64,000 bases of DNA from an uncultured Candidatus Saccharibacteria bacterium. GTDB lineage: Bacteria; Patescibacteriota; Minisyncoccia; Portnoybacterales; UBA2143. The stretch is taken from positions 43-64,042 of the forward strand of contig CAZVUG010000016.1 in NCBI GenBank assembly GCA_964629675.1, written 5' to 3'. The position numbers were made by a program, and so were the translations under genes. The notes beneath the pieces were generated by a model, which saw only the letters and a program-made list of their open reading frames with translations, did no database searches and was not told the DNA's origin. Of this stretch, positions 26,690 through 35,916 are shown piece after piece (position 1 is the stretch's first letter; each line of letters opens with the position of its first letter).

Positions 26690-27776
26690 CTTTTAAAATT
26701 CCCCCTCCTAAACAAACATCTTTTTGGTAAAAGACCGCCCATTGGCCAGGAGTAATTGAATATTGCGGTTTGTTAAAAAATAGCTTTCCCCTATTTTGTT
26801 TTTTTTCTATACTTAATTTTGCTAATACTGGTTTCTGGACAAAGCGAGTTTTAACCTGAATTTTCATTGCTTTCTGGGGAAATTTTCCTGAAATAAAATG
26901 GACATCTGATAAAAATGCTTCTTTTGTTGAAAAATCAGCATCATTTTTTTGATTAGTAACTACTAATTGATTCTTTTGGCTATCTTTTTTAACTACTTTC
27001 CACGGACCACCAGAAAGCTTGATCCCCTTTCTCTGCCCCAAAGTATAAAAATGGAGCCCTTGATGCTTTCCCAAGATATTTCCTTGGTTATCAACAATAT
27101 CACCTTCCTTAATCCCTATTTTATTTTCTAAATATGCTTTTAAAGATTTAGCTGAGACAAAACAAAGATCCTGGCTTTGCTTCTTTTTTGTAAAAAAATT
27201 AATTCCGGCCTTCTTGGCTATTTGATAAACTTCTTTTTTAAAGTAATTTCCTAAAGGAAAAATTATTTTCTTCAATTCTTTTTCTTCTAAGAGGCAAAGA
27301 AAATAGCTTTGGTCCTTTTCTTTATCTTTAGCTTTTAATAATTGATATTTCCCGTCTTTAGCTTTTTTTATTCTAGCATAATGCCCTGTGGCAAGATACT
27401 CTGCTTTCATTTTTTTTGCGAATTGGGATAAATGGTTAAATTTCATTAAACGATTGCAGATTATGCAAGGATTAGGAGTTTCATTCTTTTGTAAAGATAA
27501 AAGAAAATATTCCATCACCTTTTTCTTAAAATCTAACTTTTTATCAATAATGTAATGAGGAACTTTGAGCTTTTGGCAAACTTTTTTTGCAATAGCTAAT
27601 GATTCAGCTGAACAGCAAGCATTTTGTTTTAGCTGATTTTTGCTGCTTTTCCAAATATTGTATTTAAAAGAAACTCCAATTGGCTGATATCCTTGTTTTT
27701 TTAAAAGCACGAGAGCTACCGAAGAATCTACTCCGCCAGAAAGGCCAACAACTATTTTCCCCTTATTATTCTTCAT
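26673..27776 (-). CDS. mnmA: tRNA 2-thiouridine(34) synthase MnmA (CxxC 'C-type' variant)
   Basis: PP-loop GLSGGVDSSV, CCS and PNPCIICN Cys motifs, and a C-terminal barrel. Confidence 0.88.
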   Translation of the reverse strand: MKNNKGKIVVGLSGGVDSSVALVLLKKQGYQPIGVSFKYNIWKSSKNQLKQNACCSAESLAIAKKVCQKLKVPHYIIDKKLDFKKKVMEYFLLSLQKNETPNPCIICNRLMKFNHLSQFAKKMKAEYLATGHYARIKKAKDGKYQLLKAKDKEKDQSYFLCLLEEKELKKIIFPLGNYFKKEVYQIAKKAGINFFTKKKQSQDLCFVSAKSLKAYLENKIGIKEGDIVDNQGNILGKHQGLHFYTLGQRKGIKLSGGPWKVVKKDSQKNQLVVTNQKNDADFSTKEAFLSDVHFISGKFPQKAMKIQVKTRFVQKPVLAKLSIEKKQNRGKLFFNKPQYSITPGQWAVFYQKDVCLGGGILKDDGNK

Positions 27777-28050
27777 TTTTTTCGTTGATTCTAATTGCCT
27801 TACCGTGAATTAACGCGTCAGCTATTTTTCTTCTAGCTATGCATAAATTTCTTTGCAAGGTACTTTGAGAAACGCCCATTTTTTTAGCTGCTTCCGTTTG
27901 GCATTGATCTTTTAAATCACAAAGGCGGAGAGTCTCTATTTCATATCTTTCTAAAATTACTTCCTCCAATTCAAAAAGAGGAACCGCCCTTGGTTTAAAA
28001 TAAGTAGCTTTTGGGTCAATTTGAATTAATCTTTTTTTAACTGGCCTCAT
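27766..28050 (-). CDS. DUF134 (UPF0251) family putative DNA-binding protein
   Basis: 94 aa. YFKPRAVP...LE.YEIETLRLCDL...QTEAAKKMGVSQSTLQRNL..ARRKIADALIHGKAIRI is a sigma-70 region-4-like HTH characteristic of DUF134. Confidence 0.8.
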   Translation of the reverse strand: MRPVKKRLIQIDPKATYFKPRAVPLFELEEVILERYEIETLRLCDLKDQCQTEAAKKMGVSQSTLQRNLCIARRKIADALIHGKAIRINEKNEE

Positions 28051-28937
28051 ATTATTTCTTCCCTTAGATTTTGATAAATTTCTGTTAATTCCTTTTTTGC
28101 CTGAAGGTCGGTCTCTAAGATAGGCTTCAGGTTAGCAATAGCCTTAAAAATTCCTTGGTCATAAGAAATCTTTCCTAAGAAAAATTCTTTAAATTCTTTC
28201 TCTATTTGCTGGCTTATTTTAGGATTAATATCCCATTTATTAATAATTGTTTTAAAGGGAATACCGAAATGCTTAATAACTTTTAAAACTTTTTTAAAAT
28301 CAGCTAAACCAGAAGGTGTTGGTTCAGTGACCAGAACTGCTAAATCAACATCTTGAATTGAAGCAATAACCGGACAGCCTGTTCCAGGAGCTGAATCAAT
28401 CAACATTAATTCATAATCTTCATTTTCTTCGGCATATTTCTTAATTTCGCTGACTATTTTCCCCGAACCAGTTTCTCCAACAAAGAGATGTCCAGAAATA
28501 AGAGTAAAATAATTTTGCGAATTAAGATTAACTTTTTTGACTTTTATTTCTCCGTTTTGCACTGGTTTTAACTGGATAGCCTTTTTAGGACAAACTAATT
28601 CGCAAACACCGCAACCCTCACACAAGAAGCGGTTTAATTTAGGTTTGCCATTTTCCATCTTTATTGCTGAAAATTGGCATTTTTGGGCACAAATCCCGCA
28701 GCCATCGCATTTCTGATAATTAATTTCCGGCCGGTAAGAAGTAGTTACCGGAATAGTCTTTTGCCAATTTTCGAATTCGTTCAGCCAGATAGCCAAATTA
28801 GGCGCATCAACATCAGCATCGACAGCTATTATTTTCTTTTCTTGAGCAAATAAAGTAGCTAGAGCAGAGCTTAGCATTGACTTGCCGACGCCGCCTTTTC
28901 CTGAAACAATAGCTAATTTAAAATTTTTTTTTGTCAT
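28047..28937 (-). CDS. MinD/ParA-superfamily P-loop ATPase with inserted 2x[4Fe-4S] ferredoxin domain
   Basis: Deviant Walker A SGKGGVGKS. Two CxxCxxCxxxC(P) motifs (CDGCGICAQKC and CEGCGVCELVCP). Confidence 0.85.
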   Translation of the reverse strand: MTKKNFKLAIVSGKGGVGKSMLSSALATLFAQEKKIIAVDADVDAPNLAIWLNEFENWQKTIPVTTSYRPEINYQKCDGCGICAQKCQFSAIKMENGKPKLNRFLCEGCGVCELVCPKKAIQLKPVQNGEIKVKKVNLNSQNYFTLISGHLFVGETGSGKIVSEIKKYAEENEDYELMLIDSAPGTGCPVIASIQDVDLAVLVTEPTPSGLADFKKVLKVIKHFGIPFKTIINKWDINPKISQQIEKEFKEFFLGKISYDQGIFKAIANLKPILETDLQAKKELTEIYQNLREEII

Positions 28938-29524
28938 AAGACCTCTTTCAATTTATTAAAATCATTTTTCAAAAATTCTTTCATATTTTGATTATAGACT
29001 GCAACAGCTGGATGATAAAAAGGAATAATTTTTATTTTTCCATAATCTGCCTGTGAATCAAAAAATTGGCCATGAATTTTGCTAATTCCTTGGATTTCAT
29101 CCTTTAAATTAAATTTTTCTAAAAGATAAGCGGAAGCATAATTTCCTAAAGCGCCAATTACTTTAGGCTTAATAATATTAATTTGCCTTATTAAATAAGG
29201 AACGCAAGCTTCAATTTCTTCCTGCTGAGGATTACGATTATGAGGCGGCCGGTCTTTTAAAATATTAGTGATATATATTTCCTCTCTTTTAATGCCGGCT
29301 GATTCTAATAATTCATCTAAAACTTTTCCGGCTTGTCCGCAGAAAGGCCGGCCGGTTTTTGATTCGGAAGCACCCGGAGCTTCACCGACCAAAACTATTT
29401 TAGTTTGATGGTTGCCTTCGCCAATAACTGGCAAAATCCTTGTTTTGTATAAAGGACATTTTTGGCAGGCAATTACCTCTTCTTTGATTTTTTTTAGTTT
29501 TGTTTCTATTTCTTTTATTTGCAT
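28934..29524 (-). CDS. Uracil-DNA glycosylase, family 4 (Fe-S type)
   Basis: CQKCPLYKTR...GEGN...VLVGEAPGASE...GRPFCGQAG...HP are motifs of family-4 UDGs. Confidence 0.85.
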   Translation of the reverse strand: MQIKEIETKLKKIKEEVIACQKCPLYKTRILPVIGEGNHQTKIVLVGEAPGASESKTGRPFCGQAGKVLDELLESAGIKREEIYITNILKDRPPHNRNPQQEEIEACVPYLIRQINIIKPKVIGALGNYASAYLLEKFNLKDEIQGISKIHGQFFDSQADYGKIKIIPFYHPAVAVYNQNMKEFLKNDFNKLKEVL

Positions 29525-30285
29525 GATGAGAAGACAAGAGAGATTAAAAAGATCAAAGTAGCTGACAAAATGACCAAAGGACCTGCTGGTAGAGAAAAAG
29601 ATTCAAAAGCAATAATGCCAATAACAGAAGCAAGACTACCAATTAATAAAGCACCATAAGAATATTGGGATAAATTACGGGCGAAATTGCGCGCGGCTGC
29701 CGCTGGCGTAATAACTAAAGCGCCCATCAGGAGAGAACCAGTTACTTTTATTCCCAAAGCAACAACAACAGCAATGCAAGCTAAATAAATAAAATTATAT
29801 TTTTTGACCTTGATGTGCTCTACCTTAGCTAAATTTTCTGAAAGGTTAGCCAAAATTATCTTAGAAAAAATCTTTTTTAAAACCAGCCAAGTTAAAACAC
29901 ATAATATTATTGAAATTAAGGCATCCCAAAATCCGACTTGCGATATATCTCCAATTAAAGCAGTCGAGACTTCTTCTTCTGGCAAGAACAAAAAAGCAAT
30001 AGCTACAGAAGCTGTAAAAACGATGCCAGTTAATGCTTCCATTGGCAATTTTGTTCTCATTTCAAAAAGCCAAATTAAAATAATGCCTAAGATTAAGATT
30101 GGCAGCGCCCCTAGAGAAACATTAAATTCATAAATTAAAGCCAAAGCTACTCCAGGCAAAGCAACATGCCCTAAGGCATCGCCGACTAGCGCCATTCTTT
30201 TAGTTACCATTAGAGATCCTAGATAGCCTGCTAGCCCGCCGACAAAAACACCTATTATTAAACTATATAGAAATTGAACCTCCAT
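29515..30285 (-). CDS. Metal (Zn/Mn/Fe) ABC transporter permease, ABC-3/ZnuB-TroCD family
   Basis: 256 aa, about 8 TM segments, with ABC-3 family-like blocks (VGDALGHVALPGVALA). Confidence 0.8.
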   Translation of the reverse strand: MEVQFLYSLIIGVFVGGLAGYLGSLMVTKRMALVGDALGHVALPGVALALIYEFNVSLGALPILILGIILIWLFEMRTKLPMEALTGIVFTASVAIAFLFLPEEEVSTALIGDISQVGFWDALISIILCVLTWLVLKKIFSKIILANLSENLAKVEHIKVKKYNFIYLACIAVVVALGIKVTGSLLMGALVITPAAAARNFARNLSQYSYGALLIGSLASVIGIIAFESFSLPAGPLVILSATLIFLISLVFSSCK

Positions 30286-30940
30286 AAATTTTAGCTAAAT
30301 TTTTAGGATTAATTACTTTTTCCGGAGAACCAAAAAACAATTTTTCTTTGTTTAAGGCTAAAACTCTATCTGCCTTTTTAACAACTTCTCCTATTTCATG
30401 AGAGACTAGAATAATTGATTGATTCTTTTGCTGCCAAAGCTTAATTAAAGAGTCGTAAATAGTTTCCCGGCCATGAATATCAATACCGACCATCGGCTCG
30501 TCTAAAAGTAAAACATCTGGCTCATCTATTAAAACCCAGGCAATAGTTACTCTTTTTAGCTGCCCTGTAGAAAGGGTGCCTAATCTTTTATTTAAAAATT
30601 TAGTTGTATCTTTTATGCCTATCCAGCCAAGAGCTTCTGCTGCTCTTAATAATTTCTTATCCTTGAATTTGAAAAAATCCTTAACACTTAAAGGCAGATT
30701 CGGAGAAACATCAAAATTTTCAGGAACATAACCAACATGGATATCTTTTTTCCACTGAATTTTTCCTTTAAAGGGATGGAGGTTTAACAAAGTTCTTAAT
30801 AAGACGCTTTTGCCGGCTCCGTTCGGACCTAAGACAACCAGAACTTCTTTGCTTTTTAAATTAAAGCTTAAATTTTCTAGGACTTTTTCTTTGCCTAGCT
30901 CTACATTTAAATTTTCTACTTTAAGAATGCTTTCTGGCAT
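30263..30940 (-). CDS. Metal ABC transporter ATP-binding protein (ZnuC-like)
   Basis: Walker A GPNGAGKS, signature LSTGQ and Walker B LLLDEP. 23-nt overlap with the permease gene. Confidence 0.85.
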   Translation of the reverse strand: MPESILKVENLNVELGKEKVLENLSFNLKSKEVLVVLGPNGAGKSVLLRTLLNLHPFKGKIQWKKDIHVGYVPENFDVSPNLPLSVKDFFKFKDKKLLRAAEALGWIGIKDTTKFLNKRLGTLSTGQLKRVTIAWVLIDEPDVLLLDEPMVGIDIHGRETIYDSLIKLWQQKNQSIILVSHEIGEVVKKADRVLALNKEKLFFGSPEKVINPKNLAKIYGGSISI

Positions 30941-30942
30941 AA

Positions 30943-31869
30943 TTATTTATTTTGCTTTAAATAAGCAAAAATACTGCTAGCAGCAATAGCTCCTTCGGCG
31001 CAAGCAGTAATAATTTGGCGGAAATTATTAGATCCGTTAGTAATATCGCCAGCTGCCCAAACACCCTTAACATTAGTTGAGCCGCCGCTATCAATTTTAA
31101 TAAATCCATTCTGGTCTTTATCCAGATTCAATTCTTCGGCCATTTCTAAATGAGGAGCAATCCCCATTTCAACAAAAATACCATCTAAAGCTAAATTATT
31201 TTTTCCTTGGTGTTCTTTTTCTAAAACTGCCTCTTCCAAAAAATCATTTCCTTTTAATTCAGTAATTTTGTTTTCTAAAACTAATTCAATTTTAGGATTA
31301 CTTTTTACTTTTTTCTGCCAAATTTTATCTGCTTTCAATTCGCTTTCATGAATAAGATAAACTTTTTTAGCTATTTCTGCTAAATAATCGGCTGTAGTTG
31401 CTGCTGCACTGCTTCCGCCAATAACAGCAACAATTTTATCAGTAAATAATTTACCGTCACAGGTAGCGCAATAAGAAACGCCTTTGCCAAAAAATTCATT
31501 TTCGCCTGAGATGTTAAGTTTTTGCCTTTCGGCCCCCATAGCCAAAAGAATATTTTCGCTAAAATATTTTTGGCCAGTTATTGTTTCTAGCAAGAAACTA
31601 TCTTCTTGCCGGGAAATTTTAACTACTTTATCTGAAATTATTTCCGCGCCTAGCTTGCTAGCTGAATTTTCCATCTTTTTTACTAAATCTTCTCCTTTAA
31701 TTTCCTCTTCACTAGGGAAATTGCCAACTTTATGCGCTTCTGCCATTCGACCGTCAATTAAAGAGCCAATCATCAAATGATTTAAGCCGAATCGCGAAAG
31801 ATAAATTGAAGCCGTCATGCCTGCTGGGCCGCTACCAACAATTATTAAATTATATTTTTTTTCATTCAT
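30943..31869 (-). CDS. trxB: Low-Mr thioredoxin reductase homologue lacking the NADPH-binding HRRxxxR motif
   Basis: FAD motif VGSGPAGMTA and redox CATC (SYCATCDG). Where E. coli TrxR has VHLIHRRDGFRA, this protein reads VYLIHESELKA. Confidence 0.8.
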   Translation of the reverse strand: MNEKKYNLIIVGSGPAGMTASIYLSRFGLNHLMIGSLIDGRMAEAHKVGNFPSEEEIKGEDLVKKMENSASKLGAEIISDKVVKISRQEDSFLLETITGQKYFSENILLAMGAERQKLNISGENEFFGKGVSYCATCDGKLFTDKIVAVIGGSSAAATTADYLAEIAKKVYLIHESELKADKIWQKKVKSNPKIELVLENKITELKGNDFLEEAVLEKEHQGKNNLALDGIFVEMGIAPHLEMAEELNLDKDQNGFIKIDSGGSTNVKGVWAAGDITNGSNNFRQIITACAEGAIAASSIFAYLKQNK

Positions 31870-32914
31870 TATTTTTAAACAAAAAGCTTTTAATAGTCTT
31901 AATTAAGACTATTAAGCTAATTGCTATTAAGATTAAATAAACGCCAAAACCGCAATAGGCTAAAAAAGACTGATTAGTCAGCAGAGACTGATTTAAAGAA
32001 GCAATTGAAACAGAAGCTGTTGGAAAAACAAAAGCCCACCAGCTAATTCCATAAGGAAGCTCTATTTTTTTAAAATAATAGCCAGTTAATAAGATAAGTA
32101 AGATTAGCAACCAAAGGCCTATGCCAATTAACATTGGATTAATTAAAATTGGCAAAGCCATTAAAGATTCTTTAAATTCAGGCAAATATTTGCCAGTCTT
32201 TTCAGCAAATAAAGATAGAGACAAAGACATTAAAGAGAAAGGAACCAAAATAATCCAAAAGGAAGGAAAGATTTTTGGATTTAATTTCTCAAAGAAAAAA
32301 ACTTTGCTGAATAAAGATATGGCTATTAGCAAAAAAACAAAAGCGCCCGCACCAAAGAAAAAATAATTAATAAACAATATTATTTTAGCAACAGGAAGAT
32401 TAGAAATAAAAAAATTAATTATTTCCAATCCGGCAATTGGCGTCAGTAAAGCAGCTACTGGCGGCACTAACCACCCCCCATTAATAAAATTAATATTCAT
32501 TTCCTCGTTAATAATCAATGAATAAACAGCTAAGGTCAGTAGGATAAATTCAAAGATAGCGCCAACAAACCAAAAGATAATTGAAATATCTTGATAATTC
32601 CAAAGAGACAAATTAAAGCCCAGCTTAGAAAAGTTGATAGCAATCATGATCATTGCTGCCGGCATTAATGAATGAAAGCCAGCCATTATTGGGCTTTTTA
32701 ACTCTTCGGCCAAAAGATCAGCGTAAACTACAGCTTTTAAAATCCAGAAAATAAACAAGAAAACAAATAAAAACAAATTAAAGTAAACTAATAAGGAAGT
32801 AAAAGGAATTAGCCAAGGAAAATTAAAAATCTTTGCGACTAAGAAAGAAGCAATAGCTATCCCACCAAAACCTAATACTGTTGCAAACCAAATTGGACTA
32901 AATTTTTTAATCAT
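31862..32914 (-). CDS. TDT-family (TehA/Mae1/Ssu1-like) anion transporter
   Basis: 350 aa, about 10 TM segments. N-terminal PIWFATVLGFGGIA resembles TehA/C4-dicarboxylate-malate transporter family openings. Overlaps trxB and trx by 8 nt each. Confidence 0.6.
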   Translation of the reverse strand: MIKKFSPIWFATVLGFGGIAIASFLVAKIFNFPWLIPFTSLLVYFNLFLFVFLFIFWILKAVVYADLLAEELKSPIMAGFHSLMPAAMIMIAINFSKLGFNLSLWNYQDISIIFWFVGAIFEFILLTLAVYSLIINEEMNINFINGGWLVPPVAALLTPIAGLEIINFFISNLPVAKIILFINYFFFGAGAFVFLLIAISLFSKVFFFEKLNPKIFPSFWIILVPFSLMSLSLSLFAEKTGKYLPEFKESLMALPILINPMLIGIGLWLLILLILLTGYYFKKIELPYGISWWAFVFPTASVSIASLNQSLLTNQSFLAYCGFGVYLILIAISLIVLIKTIKSFLFKNNE

Positions 32915-33251
32915 TTTTTAATTGAAGCTCTGTTTCTAATTCCCCCTTAAACATTTCAAAAGGCCTTAGCCCGATAAATTCTTGAGCTACTTGGCCATTC
33001 TTAAAAAGCTTTATATTAGGAATGCTTCTAATATCATATTGAATAGCTAAATTTTGATTCTCTGGAATTTCTGTGTTTAACTTGCAAATTTTTAATTGTC
33101 CGTCAAACTCTTCCGAAAGACTTTCTAAAACTGGCGCCATCATCAAGCAAGGCTGACACCAAGGAGCCCAGAAATCTACTAAAGTAGGAATTTCTGATTC
33201 CAAAACTTCTTCTTGAAAATTTTCACTTGTAACTTCGATTATTTTTGACAT
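32907..33251 (-). CDS. trxA: Thioredoxin with WCQPC active site
   Basis: 114 aa. VDFWAPWCQPCLMMAP in a thioredoxin fold (the canonical motif is WCGPC). Confidence 0.88.
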   Translation of the reverse strand: MSKIIEVTSENFQEEVLESEIPTLVDFWAPWCQPCLMMAPVLESLSEEFDGQLKICKLNTEIPENQNLAIQYDIRSIPNIKLFKNGQVAQEFIGLRPFEMFKGELETELQLKND

Positions 33252-33268
33252 ATTTTTATTTTATTTAA

Positions 33269-33652
33269 TTATTTTCTGCCACCGCCACCCATTCCTTGAC
33301 CTCGGCCATCTCGAGGGCCTAGTCCCATGCCTCTGCCTTGGCCAGCGCCCATTCCCCGACCTCCTCTTAAACCTCGACCAAATTCTATTCCTTGGTTAGA
33401 TCTTTCCGGCTCAAATGAAGATTTATCCGCTGGCTCTTCATTTTTTTCCGCAGAAGATTCTTTCTGGCTTTCTTCCTCAGAAATTTTTTCTATAGCCCCC
33501 ATTGGACAAACGCTTTCTCCGCCGCATTCTGCCAGTTTCTCCTGACTTATTATGTCAACTTTTCCGTTAGAGTTGAACTCAGTCGCCCCCGGGCAAGACT
33601 GCAGACAAACGCCACAACCAATGCATTTCTCTTGATTTACCTTATATTTCAT
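33269..33652 (-). CDS. [4Fe-4S] ferredoxin with acidic linker and C-terminal Gly/Arg-rich tail
   Basis: CIGCGVCLQSCP plus a distal CP (SVCPMGAI), then EEESQKESSAEKNEE, then GRGLRGGRGMGAGQGRGMGLGPRDGRGQGMGGGGRK. Confidence 0.8.
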   Translation of the reverse strand: MKYKVNQEKCIGCGVCLQSCPGATEFNSNGKVDIISQEKLAECGGESVCPMGAIEKISEEESQKESSAEKNEEPADKSSFEPERSNQGIEFGRGLRGGRGMGAGQGRGMGLGPRDGRGQGMGGGGRK

Positions 33653-33741
33653 AACTTTTAAGATAAAAACCTTTATATTTGCGACAGCAAATTAATTTAC
33701 TATCGTAAAAATAAAAGCTATTTTTTATTAATTTAAATTTA

Positions 33742-35088
33742 TTACATTATTTTTCCCAAAGCTGACTGTGCTGCTGTAATTAACGGGTAGACAGTTGGCG
33801 CAGAAGTTAGCAGCGGATGCGTTGAAATTTGCAAAGAATCAAAATCATATAAAGTTGCCCGCCGCTGGATAGCCAAAGAAATTACATTGACTAATTCGCC
33901 AGCACTTTTTCCGCCAATTACTTGGCCGCCCAAGAGATTACCAGAGTCTTTAGAAAAAATAAGCTTAACTTTAATCTTTCTGGTATGAGGTAAGGTTCCT
34001 GGATGATGATCAGGAGCTTCACTCTCACCAACAATTGTTTCAAATCCTTCGTTTCGAGCTGTTTCCTCGCTGAAGCCAACACCGCCAAACATTGAATCTT
34101 TCAGATATGTTGAAAAGGCACCTAAAGTCCCTTTGTTTTCCCTGAAAATTTCTAATTGATAAAGGCTAGCTCCGGCTATTCTGGCTTCTGAGCAAGCTGT
34201 TGAAGCAAGCATCACTAGAATGGATTTACTAGTAAAGAAATCTTTCGTTTGCGCGCAATCACCGACAGCAAAAACGTCATCATAATTAGTTCTCATATAT
34301 TCATCAACTAGGATATTACCGTTTTCTTCTATCCTAATCCCGGCTTCTTTAGCTAATTCTATATTAGCTTTTGCTCCAATTGATAGAATAACTAAATCAG
34401 TTTCAATCTCTTTCTTGTCATCCAAAATTACTTTTTCAACTTTATCATTACCAGCAATTTCTTCAATCATTCTGCCAGTATGAATTTTAACTCCTTTTTC
34501 TTCTAGTTTCTTTTGTGCCTCCAAAGCAAATTCTTTATCAAAATTTGCCATTAAGCAAGTATCCATTTTTTCGACAATGTTTATTTCTTTGCCTTCTAGG
34601 CTACTGATTTCTTCTGCCATTTCTACGCCAATAAAACCGCCGCCAATAATAACTATTTTCTTAGCTTCCATGACTGCTTCTCTCATTTTTTTCAAATAAT
34701 CAACTTCTTTTTTAACTAGCCAAACTCCTTCTTTCTCAATTCCTTTAATAGGAATTTTAGTTGAGCTAGAACCAGTTGCTAAAACAAGCTTTTCGTATTC
34801 AATCTCTCCTTTTTTGGCCAAGGAAACTTTTTTGATTTTAGGATCAATTTTTTTAGCTTCATCTATAATTAAATCAATTTTATTCTTTGTTAATGGATCA
34901 TCTGGCGTAATATTTTTATCTACTGAATCTAAGCGATGAAAAATATATGGAATACCGCAAGGAACAACTGATTTTTGCTCTTTACGGACCAAGGTAATTT
35001 TTTTATCCGGGTTATGTTTTCTGGCAGTAATTGCCGTCACTATGCCGGCTGGACCTCCGCCAATAATTAAAATGTCTGTTTTGTTCAT
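33742..35088 (-). CDS. FAD-dependent pyridine nucleotide-disulfide oxidoreductase (NADH oxidase/CoA-disulfide reductase family)
   Basis: GGGPAG FAD motif, single redox Cys in KSVVPCGIPY, a second Rossmann motif IIGGGFIGVE and AVGDCA. Confidence 0.8.
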   Translation of the reverse strand: MNKTDILIIGGGPAGIVTAITARKHNPDKKITLVRKEQKSVVPCGIPYIFHRLDSVDKNITPDDPLTKNKIDLIIDEAKKIDPKIKKVSLAKKGEIEYEKLVLATGSSSTKIPIKGIEKEGVWLVKKEVDYLKKMREAVMEAKKIVIIGGGFIGVEMAEEISSLEGKEINIVEKMDTCLMANFDKEFALEAQKKLEEKGVKIHTGRMIEEIAGNDKVEKVILDDKKEIETDLVILSIGAKANIELAKEAGIRIEENGNILVDEYMRTNYDDVFAVGDCAQTKDFFTSKSILVMLASTACSEARIAGASLYQLEIFRENKGTLGAFSTYLKDSMFGGVGFSEETARNEGFETIVGESEAPDHHPGTLPHTRKIKVKLIFSKDSGNLLGGQVIGGKSAGELVNVISLAIQRRATLYDFDSLQISTHPLLTSAPTVYPLITAAQSALGKIM

Positions 35089-35915
35089 AAAATTGTCTCC
35101 TTAATATTTAATAATTTACTTTGCGAATAAGCTTTAACAATTTCCTTAGAATAAGGAAGTTCTTTTTCTATTTCTACCTTGTATTTTTTAGCTGTTTCTT
35201 CAACCATCTTTTTATCGCCTAGATTAGCTTGATTAAGAATTATTTTAACCGGCAGTTTCAACTGCTGACATAAATCTAAAATCAAACCTAGATCAACTGA
35301 CCCCATTGGCGTTGGCTCAGTTACTGCGTAAACTGAATCAACTCCCAAAAGAGCGTTGATAACTGGACAATGAGTCCCAGCCGCTGTATCTAAGATAACA
35401 AGATCTGCCTTATTTTTATCAGCAAATTCTAAAGCAAATTCTTTAACTTGGTTTACAATTGGCCCAGTTTCTTCTAATCCTGGCTTAGCCAAACCAGTAA
35501 TTAGATGAAAGCCTTTTTCAATTTGATTAAGATATATTTCCCCGACTTCTTTCTTCTCCGGCTTGATTGCTCCGTAAGGGCAAACATTCCAGCAAGCGCC
35601 ACAGCCTGAGCATAGATCCATAACAAAAATTGGATATTGTCCAGGAGCTTGGAAAATGGCATTTTCCCGGCAAGCTTTGACGCAAATTCCGCATTTTTGG
35701 CATTTGCTTTTATCTAATTTCGGGAAAGAAGCTGTTGCTTTCGCTACTGGTTTTTGCAACTTTTTGCCGATTAATAAATAATCATTTGGGCATTCTACAT
35801 CGCAGTCGACAAGAACAACCTTTTTATCTTTTTTAAAATAATTATTAGCTAGAATAACTGAGACAGTGGATTTCCCTGTCCCGCCTTTCCCTCCACTAAT
35901 GGCTATTTTCTCCAT
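35085..35915 (-). CDS. MinD/ParA-superfamily ATPase with inserted 2x[4Fe-4S] ferredoxin domain (second copy)
   Basis: Walker A GGKGGTGKS; CQKCGICVKAC and CSGCGACWNVCP. Confidence 0.85.
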   Translation of the reverse strand: MEKIAISGGKGGTGKSTVSVILANNYFKKDKKVVLVDCDVECPNDYLLIGKKLQKPVAKATASFPKLDKSKCQKCGICVKACRENAIFQAPGQYPIFVMDLCSGCGACWNVCPYGAIKPEKKEVGEIYLNQIEKGFHLITGLAKPGLEETGPIVNQVKEFALEFADKNKADLVILDTAAGTHCPVINALLGVDSVYAVTEPTPMGSVDLGLILDLCQQLKLPVKIILNQANLGDKKMVEETAKKYKVEIEKELPYSKEIVKAYSQSKLLNIKETIL

Positions 35916-35916
35916 A

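Noticed and set aside
33677-33692. Palindrome ATTTGC-GACA-GCAAAT upstream of the ferredoxin gene as an operator
   Set aside because: It has only 6-bp arms, no convincing -35/-10 context could be defined, and no second copy occurs in the window. The evidence is too weak to call.
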